This document shows positions 31,233 through 38,614 of a DNA stretch of 64,000 bases, piece after piece. The notes beneath the pieces are model-generated. The model had not been told where the DNA came from. It ran no database searches and worked only from the letters and a program-made list of their open reading frames with translations. Each line of letters begins with the position of its first letter. Positions within the stretch are counted from its first letter, which is position 1. Source of the DNA: Flavobacteriaceae bacterium (lineage in GTDB: Bacteria; Bacteroidota; Bacteroidia; Flavobacteriales; Flavobacteriaceae); NCBI GenBank assembly GCA_038132955.1, contig JAYPSJ010000010.1, positions 7,463-71,462 on the forward strand, read 5' to 3'. The translations under genes and the position numbers were made by a program.

Positions 31233-31854
31233 CACCTGGCTCACATATGACCAGACGCTTTTTATTTGGATCAATAGCGCGGGAACTCCTTCATGGGACC
31301 CGTTTTGGCTGATGGTGACCAATAAGTGGTCTTCAATTCCTCTTTATTTGCTTTTGCTTTGGCTTCTGCGTCAATACTATACTTGGCGTCAGGTTTTACA
31401 GACACTTTTTGTTATTGGGTTAATGATCTTGATGACGGATCAACTCGCCAATTTATTCAAATACGTTTTGGTACAGCGCCCACGGCCATGTAGAGAAGAG
31501 GCCCTACAGGATCAGCTTAGAATGGTGGTGGCTTATTGTGGTCGCTATGGCTATTTTTCGGCCCATGCATCTAGTGCCGCGGCTTTAGCGGCCTTTTTTG
31601 TCCGCTGGATAAGAAATCAGGGCATGAGTCCAGGTTTAGAGTCAAATGGGCCTTTGGCCAAAGTGAGGGGCTTTTTTTGCCCGAGATTTTGGATAATTCT
31701 ATTGCCCATATGGGCATTCGCTCTGGGTTATAGCCGTATTTATCTTGGGGTCCATTACCCTTTAGACGTGATTACGGGCTGGATTGCGGGGATTGTTCTC
31801 GGCGGGTTTGTTTTTTACCCGCTTCATCTTATGTTGATCAAACGTTTTTCTTAA
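31219..31854 (+). CDS. PAP2 superfamily phosphatase (membrane)
   Basis: KYVLVQRPRP (KxxxxxxRP), YFSAHAS (PSGH-like) and SRIYLGVHYPLDV (SRxxxxxHxxxD) are the three acid-phosphatase motifs. Confidence 0.8.
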   Translation: MTMIDTWLTYDQTLFIWINSAGTPSWDPFWLMVTNKWSSIPLYLLLLWLLRQYYTWRQVLQTLFVIGLMILMTDQLANLFKYVLVQRPRPCREEALQDQLRMVVAYCGRYGYFSAHASSAAALAAFFVRWIRNQGMSPGLESNGPLAKVRGFFCPRFWIILLPIWAFALGYSRIYLGVHYPLDVITGWIAGIVLGGFVFYPLHLMLIKRFS

Positions 31855-33503
31855 TTCCCTTCCTCGACAACTGTATTTGAGCTGCGCACGATAAAAAAGT
31901 CACGCCATAGCCTTGGGCGGTGGGTTCTTTGTCCAGGACCTTGAGGATTCATGTCGTAGCGATCAATGAGCTCGATTTGATCCTGCTGAAATTGCTTTTT
32001 AAAGCCGTTTAAATTGTCTTCAGAAACAATCACGCCAAAGACCGAATCTTTAGGGCGGATCAGGACGCCATCTTTTAATAGACCCGGTATAGGTTTACCA
32101 TAATCCCAGACCATTTCTGGGGTAAACCCGCCAAACTCATAAACTTTGATGTTGTGTTTTTGGGCCCAATCGGCGAGCAGGCTAAGAGATTTGTAATTGG
32201 GATTTTGGCTCACTACAGGAGCCATGGGCAAACCAAAAAGCACTACCACTAAAATCAGGGCTATACTGCCTCTAAATGACCATTGTATCCTGCTTTTAAC
32301 CAAGCCGTAAAGTATAGCAGTGGCACTCAAAGCCAAACCCATTGAAGTCAAGACAAACCAAATGATATGGGGATTTAGACTGTCTCCAAAAAAAGCCCAT
32401 GCGGCAGCAGGAAAGGCCAGACCTACAATCCCTAGTATTCCGAAATGTAGTTGCAAGGGCAGGCGCAGCCAAGGGCTCATATTTTTGAAATGTTTTATGG
32501 CGTAGAGCACAAAAAAACCAATATTAAATGCCAAAGGAATCAATACAGGCAGAAGGTAACGCGGCTTTTTCTCAGGAATTATTGAAAGTAAAAATACAGC
32601 GCAGATGGTCCACCAAAAGCTCAAGGCATAGGCCTTACCATTAAAGACTCTCGATTTAAGATAAGGATAGGCTAAACTGAGTACCGCAGGAATAGTCCAC
32701 AGACCGGTTTGAATGAAAAAATTCCAATAATAATAAAGGGGCTTGACGTTATAATTAGTCCAATTTGCCGTTTCTTTCTCGGTTATCGCTTGTAGATTTT
32801 CAGGATCAGCTAAATTGATATAGGCATGCCACCAAAGCCCCGTGATCAGACCCACGACAAGCACCAAAAACAGGGGGCCAATATTTGATTTTAAACCGCT
32901 AAAACCTGAAACGATTCCTTGGGCCAAAACTAAAGGTAAAAACAGCGCATAAATCGAAACAGGACCTTTGCTCATAAACGAAGCGCCAAATAATAAACCT
33001 GTGAGTAAAGCATAAATCCAACGGGATTTTGGCCGCTCAATAAGTTGATACAAAGTGTAAATACCGCCTAGCATAAAGCTGTGGGTAAAAATATCCCACT
33101 GACCATTTCGTGCAGCAAAGACCATATAAAATGACGTGGTTAGAATCAATCCTGACCAAAAGGCATGAGATTTATTACGGGTGTATTTTAAGGCTAGGGC
33201 ATAACTAATCATAACTGAGAAGAGTCCCATAATAGCGGCGGGTAATCTGAGTGCTGCAATATTTTTTAGACCAAAAACTAGGGCTGAAAATGCGGTAAGC
33301 CAAGTCGGTAGTGGTGGCTTTTGATAACGCGGTTCACCGTTAATGGTCGTTAAAAGCCAATTACCATCTACATTCATCTCGCGAGCCGTAATAAAATTTC
33401 GGGCTTCCATGATGTTGATCAGCAAGACCTCCAGATGCGCTACAAATACAATAAATGCAATGCCAAACAGTAGATAACCGACGTATTTACTCCCTTGATT
33501 CAT
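31851..33503 (-). CDS. Glycosyltransferase family 39 (ArnT/PMT-like, polyprenyl-phosphate-sugar dependent)
   Basis: About 550 aa. Polytopic N-terminal two-thirds (EARNFITAREM...YQKPPLPTW) plus a soluble C-terminal domain. Start set to ATG 33503 (the ORF-track start at 33512 is TTG). Confidence 0.8.
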   Translation of the reverse strand: MNQGSKYVGYLLFGIAFIVFVAHLEVLLINIMEARNFITAREMNVDGNWLLTTINGEPRYQKPPLPTWLTAFSALVFGLKNIAALRLPAAIMGLFSVMISYALALKYTRNKSHAFWSGLILTTSFYMVFAARNGQWDIFTHSFMLGGIYTLYQLIERPKSRWIYALLTGLLFGASFMSKGPVSIYALFLPLVLAQGIVSGFSGLKSNIGPLFLVLVVGLITGLWWHAYINLADPENLQAITEKETANWTNYNVKPLYYYWNFFIQTGLWTIPAVLSLAYPYLKSRVFNGKAYALSFWWTICAVFLLSIIPEKKPRYLLPVLIPLAFNIGFFVLYAIKHFKNMSPWLRLPLQLHFGILGIVGLAFPAAAWAFFGDSLNPHIIWFVLTSMGLALSATAILYGLVKSRIQWSFRGSIALILVVVLFGLPMAPVVSQNPNYKSLSLLADWAQKHNIKVYEFGGFTPEMVWDYGKPIPGLLKDGVLIRPKDSVFGVIVSEDNLNGFKKQFQQDQIELIDRYDMNPQGPGQRTHRPRLWRDFFIVRSSNTVVEEGN

Positions 33504-34113
33504 TTTTACCAATAAATAAGTTGCGTATATAGATGATTAGTCCACTGCCGTGTCCTACAATAAGTACCGGGTCTTGCCGAAAAAGGGCATAGGTAATGAT
33601 CATGGTAGCCCCCAAAGCGCTGAGTCGCCAAAATCCTTTGGGTAGATGTGATGTTTTGCGCTGTTCAGAGTAATACCATTGATAGATAAATCTGAAGGTG
33701 AAGATCAGTTGTGCACTCACGCCGAGCCAAAACAACCAATTCGGAATAGCCGCGTTATTTAGAAGTAATTCACGATCATAAGCCCCGTTGTTATAGCCGT
33801 ACCATACAATCAGTAGAGGGAAAAAAAGCAAGAAATAGCGGATGATTGCTGGAGCCTTTCGCCACTGACCTTGAAAATGTAAGTTTCGGATATAGATATA
33901 GTAGGTTAGAGACTGTCCCAGCATAATGGCGAAATCTTGACGCAGATAGCCATAAACAAAAAGTAAAAATGAGGCTATAAGACTTAATTGCCAAAAGAGG
34001 CTTGGGGTGACCACGCGTTTTTGGCGCTCAGATAAAAACCATTGCACAAATAAGCGTGCCGAAAATAGAAGCTGGGCCAAAAATCCAATACTGTAAATCA
34101 GCACCTGACTCAT
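33487..34113 (-). CDS. Tandem lipid-A-disaccharide synthase N-terminal (LAB_N) domain membrane protein
   Basis: 208 aa with an obvious internal duplication (AQLLFSARLFVQWFLSERQK...YIYIRNL and AQLIFTFRFIYQWYYSEQRK...IIYIRNL). Overlaps both neighbouring genes. Confidence 0.75.
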   Translation of the reverse strand: MSQVLIYSIGFLAQLLFSARLFVQWFLSERQKRVVTPSLFWQLSLIASFLLFVYGYLRQDFAIMLGQSLTYYIYIRNLHFQGQWRKAPAIIRYFLLFFPLLIVWYGYNNGAYDRELLLNNAAIPNWLFWLGVSAQLIFTFRFIYQWYYSEQRKTSHLPKGFWRLSALGATMIITYALFRQDPVLIVGHGSGLIIYIRNLFIGKNESRE

Positions 34114-34823
34114 CCTTGTTCTTTAATCTGGTAGTTGATATACTTTTTCTTCATCCAGAGGTAGGCAAAGCAATCCACCAAGGGCCCTAGGAGTCGATTC
34201 CAAAGACCAAACTTTGCTTGACCTGCAATTCTAGGGTAGTGGCGTACAGGAATTTGGATAACCGTCTCATTTTGAAGTAGGATCATCGCTGGTAAAAACC
34301 TATGCAGTCCTTTAAACATGGGTATTTTTTTGGCACAGTCGGTTCGGATAATCTTCAAGGGGCATCCAGTATCATCCATACCGTCATGAGTAAATGCTCT
34401 ACGAATTCCGTTGGCGATTTTTGAGGATATATTTTTGACAAAATCGTCTTTTCGGTCGGCTCTTACTCCAGTGACCAAAGCATGATCATCGGTATACTCA
34501 AGCAGTTTATTAAAATCCTCAGGATCGGTTTGTAGGTCACTGTCTATATAACCCACTAGAGGGGTTTGAGCCGCATCAAAACCGGCTTTTATGGCTGCAC
34601 TGAGTCCACAATTCTCGACAAAACTCAGATAGCTAAAGGCTGCATTGCGCTGACAGATGTCTTGAATCATGCCAAGACTATTGTCGCTAGAGCCGTCATT
34701 GACCAGAAGTACACAGCTCGGTTTTGCGGCGATTTCTAGATATTTCAACAATTCTTTTTCTAGGCGTTGTAGATTGTCCTGCTCGTTGTAGACGGGTACG
34801 ATAATGGTCAGGGTGTAGTTCAT
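34110..34823 (-). CDS. Glycosyltransferase family 2, polyprenyl-phosphate glycosyltransferase type (ArnC/GtrB-like)
   Basis: IIVPVYNEQDNL, LLVNDGSSDNS and GYIDSDLQTDPED (DxD). 237 aa with no long C-terminal TM region. Confidence 0.85.
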   Translation of the reverse strand: MNYTLTIIVPVYNEQDNLQRLEKELLKYLEIAAKPSCVLLVNDGSSDNSLGMIQDICQRNAAFSYLSFVENCGLSAAIKAGFDAAQTPLVGYIDSDLQTDPEDFNKLLEYTDDHALVTGVRADRKDDFVKNISSKIANGIRRAFTHDGMDDTGCPLKIIRTDCAKKIPMFKGLHRFLPAMILLQNETVIQIPVRHYPRIAGQAKFGLWNRLLGPLVDCFAYLWMKKKYINYQIKEQG

Positions 34824-34915
34824 TTATTTCAGGCCTTTGGTGCAAAAGTAATTCTTTATCAGGAATAAAAGGGAAACCTAAAAAAGTGGTTTCTTTGCAA
34901 AAGAATAAACACTTC

Positions 34916-35854
34916 ATGAAAATACTCATCACCGGGGCCGCTGGTTTTATTGGTTCTCATACTGCAGAGCGTCTTCAATCTTTGGGGCATCAAGTGATTG
35001 GGTGGGATAATTTCTCGAATTACTACGATGTAGCTTTAAAGGAGCATACCGCAAAGCAGTTAGAAGCTCAAGGCGTTTTGATGCAGCGCGTAGATTTGGT
35101 AAAGAATGATTTGGCCTCAGTTTGGCCGGCGGATGTCGCTTTTGTTTTTCACTTTGCCGCCCAGCCAGGAATATCTGAGTCGAGTACTTTTGAAGCTTAT
35201 TTGAATAATAATTTCATTGCGACTCAGCGTCTGCTAAGCGTTCTAGAAGCATTGGACCAGCCCCCTTATATAGTGAACATTGCGACCTCCTCGGTTTATG
35301 GTCTAGTGGCCACAAAGAATGAGTCTTCAGCCCCCGAACCAGCTTCTTGGTATGGAGTCACTAAATTGGCTGCTGAACAGCTAGTAATGGCCTATATTCG
35401 CCGTGGATTTTTAAAAGGAACCTCTTTGCGCCTTTATTCAGTTTATGGGCCGCGAGAGCGACCTGATAAACTTTATACTAGATTGATTGATTGTGGTCTC
35501 AATCAAAAGGAATTTACGCTTTTCCAGGGCAGTGAAGCGCACCGCCGGAGTTTTACCTATGTAGGAGATATAGTCTCAGGTATTGTGGCTGTGCTTCAGG
35601 CGACAGAGGGGTGTAATGGGGAGATCATTAATTTAGGATCAGACCTCGAGCATACCACCGCAGAGGGGATTGAAACCGTAGAGCGATTACTCGGTAGGGT
35701 CATAATTAAAAAGATAATGCCGCCACGCCCGGGAGATCAAGATCGTACCTTGGCCGTGATTGATAAGGCAAAGCGTCTATTGAATTATCAACCAAATACT
35801 TCGCTGGAGGTGGGATTGCGCGCTCAATTAGAATGGTTTAAGACTTTGCCTTAA
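34916..35854 (+). CDS. NAD-dependent epimerase/dehydratase (extended SDR)
   Basis: Start trimmed to MKILITGAAGFIGSH (ATG 34916). Catalytic YGVTKLAAE (YxxxK). 312 aa. Confidence 0.85.
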   Translation: MKILITGAAGFIGSHTAERLQSLGHQVIGWDNFSNYYDVALKEHTAKQLEAQGVLMQRVDLVKNDLASVWPADVAFVFHFAAQPGISESSTFEAYLNNNFIATQRLLSVLEALDQPPYIVNIATSSVYGLVATKNESSAPEPASWYGVTKLAAEQLVMAYIRRGFLKGTSLRLYSVYGPRERPDKLYTRLIDCGLNQKEFTLFQGSEAHRRSFTYVGDIVSGIVAVLQATEGCNGEIINLGSDLEHTTAEGIETVERLLGRVIIKKIMPPRPGDQDRTLAVIDKAKRLLNYQPNTSLEVGLRAQLEWFKTLP

Positions 35855-36926
35855 GGGCTTTAGACAACAATATTTCTGCTGCCTCCACTGGGGTAATTTG
35901 CTCACTGCTCACTTGTTCTTTTAGTACATCCCATATGGCTAGAACCTCTGGATGGAGCAGTAAGCGCTCTCTTAGGGATTCGGTCACTGCTGTGTCGAGC
36001 CAATTTAAATTTTGGTTTCTGCGTTTTTGGGCGAAATAACCATTGGCTTTGGTCTGTGCGGTATATTCTTGGATCATTTCCCAAACGACATCAATACCGA
36101 TATTATTTAGTGCAGAACAGGTGAGAGTCCTGGGCTGCCAGCCGCTGGACTTATGCGGAAAGAGTCCAAGTGCTCTCTGATATTCGACTTGTGCGGCTCT
36201 GGCTATTTTTAATTGAGCATCATTATCAGCTTTGTTAATGACAATAGCATCGGCCATTTCGATAATACCTCTTTTTATGCCCTGTAGCTCATCACCAGCT
36301 CCTGCGAGTTGCAACAATAGGAAAAAGTCACATAGCTGTGCAGCAGCAGTTTCACTTTGACCGACCCCGACGGTTTCCACTAAAATAACCTCATATCCTG
36401 CTGCTTCACAAAGCATGATACTCTCTCGAGTATGGCGTGCCACACCACCTAAAGTTAATTTACTCGGAGTAGGACGGATAAAAGCCAAAGTGGCTTGGGT
36501 AAGTTGTTGCATACGTGTTTTATCCCCGAGAATACTTCCTCCACTTAGACTGCTGCTGGGGTCTACTGCCAAAACCGCCACGCGATGCCCCTTTTCAGTA
36601 AGCATCATGCCTAATTGTTCAATAAAGGTACTTTTGCCTACACCAGGAATTCCTGTAATACCAATACGTATGCTCTCGCGAGGCCCAAAGGCGCGTTTTA
36701 GAATTTCTCTCGCTTGTATTTGATGTTTAGAGGAGGTACTCTCGATCAAAGTTATGGCTCTGCTCAGGGCAGTTTTATCTCCGTTTTTGAGGGCGTCTAC
36801 AAGTTCTAGTGCGCTTTGTTGTGTTTGACGTGCCTGACGCACAGAAGCAATAGAAGCATCCCGAGCACCTTTTGTGCTCGGAGATGCTTCTGGCTTATTT
36901 GTATTTTGTTTTGGTTTTTTACTCAT
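35838..36926 (-). CDS. meaB: Methylmalonyl-CoA mutase-associated GTPase MeaB/ArgK
   Basis: GITGIPGVGKSTF, ETVGVGQSE and INKADN G-motifs. Has an N-terminal low-complexity Lys/Ser/Gln-rich extension of about 40 aa. Confidence 0.9.
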   Translation of the reverse strand: MSKKPKQNTNKPEASPSTKGARDASIASVRQARQTQQSALELVDALKNGDKTALSRAITLIESTSSKHQIQAREILKRAFGPRESIRIGITGIPGVGKSTFIEQLGMMLTEKGHRVAVLAVDPSSSLSGGSILGDKTRMQQLTQATLAFIRPTPSKLTLGGVARHTRESIMLCEAAGYEVILVETVGVGQSETAAAQLCDFFLLLQLAGAGDELQGIKRGIIEMADAIVINKADNDAQLKIARAAQVEYQRALGLFPHKSSGWQPRTLTCSALNNIGIDVVWEMIQEYTAQTKANGYFAQKRRNQNLNWLDTAVTESLRERLLLHPEVLAIWDVLKEQVSSEQITPVEAAEILLSKALKAKS

Positions 36927-36947
36927 AAAAAAACCATTTACCGTGGA

Positions 36948-38597
36948 TTATTGTTTTACCACAGCTACGGTATGTTTTGCTCCTTGAATTTCGGCAGTCA
37001 CAAAGTAAACTCCAGGAGTCAAGTGCTGCACAGAAATAGATTGTTGCAGGCCAGCTTGCTCAACTACCAAAAGTCTTTGCCCCATGACATTACTCACCAC
37101 CAAATGCTCGATAGGCGCAGCGTTGTGCACAGAAATAGTCTCTGTAGCTGGGTTTGGCGCAATGGCAAAATTTAAAAAGTTCTGTTGATCCACACTCATG
37201 ATGTTTTCACAATCAATAGTGATTTCAAAATCACCAGAGTCGTTCGTACCTTCTACCATGATAAAATAACTGCTCACACCATCACTTTCAAAAGTTACGG
37301 CACTTTGGACACCACAAAAATCGTCGTTTGAGGCAATTTCGTTAGTTAAATCACAATTGTCGTATACGCGAATTACAGTATCAAAATTTGTGTTGGCACA
37401 TAAAGAGGCCGTAACCATCTGTGCATCTCCATCCCCGACAAATTTGTAGAAAACGTCGTTAGTGCCGTTTCCGCCAGAATCCGTGGCATTTGTTGTCGAG
37501 CCTTGCTCCATTGAGTTACAGGACAAAAGAATAGCATTGCTACACTCATCATTAATGGCATAACTCTCAGCCAGTCGAATTAAAAATCCAGTCCCGTCAT
37601 TAGCGATACCCACTACGGTGCTTCCATCACCTGAAACGGCCAAAGGTAGGGCTAAAGTGCGCCCTTGAGTGTCGATGCCCAAGTCAGTGGCCAACTGGTT
37701 TAAATCCGTTAGACCCACACCATCTTTGTAATAAAAGCCTTGGCCTTGAGTTGCTGGTGCTGGCCAGGGACGATAAAAGCCGACCAGTGTAGTGCCGTCG
37801 TCCGACATGCCTGTGGTTGCTCCTCTCCATCCGTTAACCGGCGCTGGCCCGATATCCTCGATCCCTGTATTGGGGCTGTATCGCCAAGCCTGGTAGTTGT
37901 TATTAGTGTTGCCGCCTCCACCAACGAAGGTTCCATCGAATGAAACACAGCCAGCCTCTGAGGCTAAACCACTATTAGGGTGCGTCAACAGTTGTTGTAC
38001 GCCGTTGACCCAAATGGCTCCTTGACGAAATCCAGTGGTGGTGTCTTGCCATCCTACAACAATCGAACCATCACCATTACACGCATTGGCTCGTGAGCTG
38101 CTGCCTGATACGGTACTTCCTAAATCAACCATCCCAGTGGCTGCAGTCCATTGAATAGCATGCGCTGAGCCTGCATTGACCCAACCCAATCCAACTATAG
38201 AGGTTCCGTCATGTGAAATCCCCCAAGCCGAGCTGGTAGATGACCCTGATGACCCCCCTATGCCCCCAAGCGAAGTCCAAGATTCTGTATTCACATCAAA
38301 AACACTGAGTTCACCCAAGCCGGTGTTCGGATTAATTCGGGTACCAGAAATGATGGTTCCATCAGAACTGATGTCTGTTTGTCCACCGTATCCTTGAGGC
38401 GCTACTCCGCCTATCAGTACTATGCCCGTTTGTGCTTTCCACATAAAATGCTCGGCACCGTTATTGCCCACTACAGTGGTCCCGTTATAATTAATGGCCG
38501 ATGGCGTGATGCCGCCGCCCAAATTTGTGTATTGTGCATTGGTGCAATGCAACCCAAAAATTCCTGTAATTAATCCGAGTAATAATGTCTTTTTCAT
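36948..38597 (-). CDS. T9SS cargo: 7 x HAF-like (S/N)xDG(T/S)x(V/I)VG repeat domain + Cys-containing pre-peptidase-C-terminal-like domain + T9SS CTD
   Basis: Start trimmed to MKKTLLLGL (ATG 38597). Seven repeats: NYNGTTVVG, SSDGTIISG, SHDGTSIVG, NGDGSIVVG, SFDGTFVGG, SDDGTTLVG, SGDGSTVVG. C-terminus APNPATETISV...GVYFVTAEI...VVKQ. Confidence 0.75.
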   Translation of the reverse strand: MKKTLLLGLITGIFGLHCTNAQYTNLGGGITPSAINYNGTTVVGNNGAEHFMWKAQTGIVLIGGVAPQGYGGQTDISSDGTIISGTRINPNTGLGELSVFDVNTESWTSLGGIGGSSGSSTSSAWGISHDGTSIVGLGWVNAGSAHAIQWTAATGMVDLGSTVSGSSSRANACNGDGSIVVGWQDTTTGFRQGAIWVNGVQQLLTHPNSGLASEAGCVSFDGTFVGGGGNTNNNYQAWRYSPNTGIEDIGPAPVNGWRGATTGMSDDGTTLVGFYRPWPAPATQGQGFYYKDGVGLTDLNQLATDLGIDTQGRTLALPLAVSGDGSTVVGIANDGTGFLIRLAESYAINDECSNAILLSCNSMEQGSTTNATDSGGNGTNDVFYKFVGDGDAQMVTASLCANTNFDTVIRVYDNCDLTNEIASNDDFCGVQSAVTFESDGVSSYFIMVEGTNDSGDFEITIDCENIMSVDQQNFLNFAIAPNPATETISVHNAAPIEHLVVSNVMGQRLLVVEQAGLQQSISVQHLTPGVYFVTAEIQGAKHTVAVVKQ

Positions 38598-38614
38598 TTG
38601 TTGTATTTGAGTAT

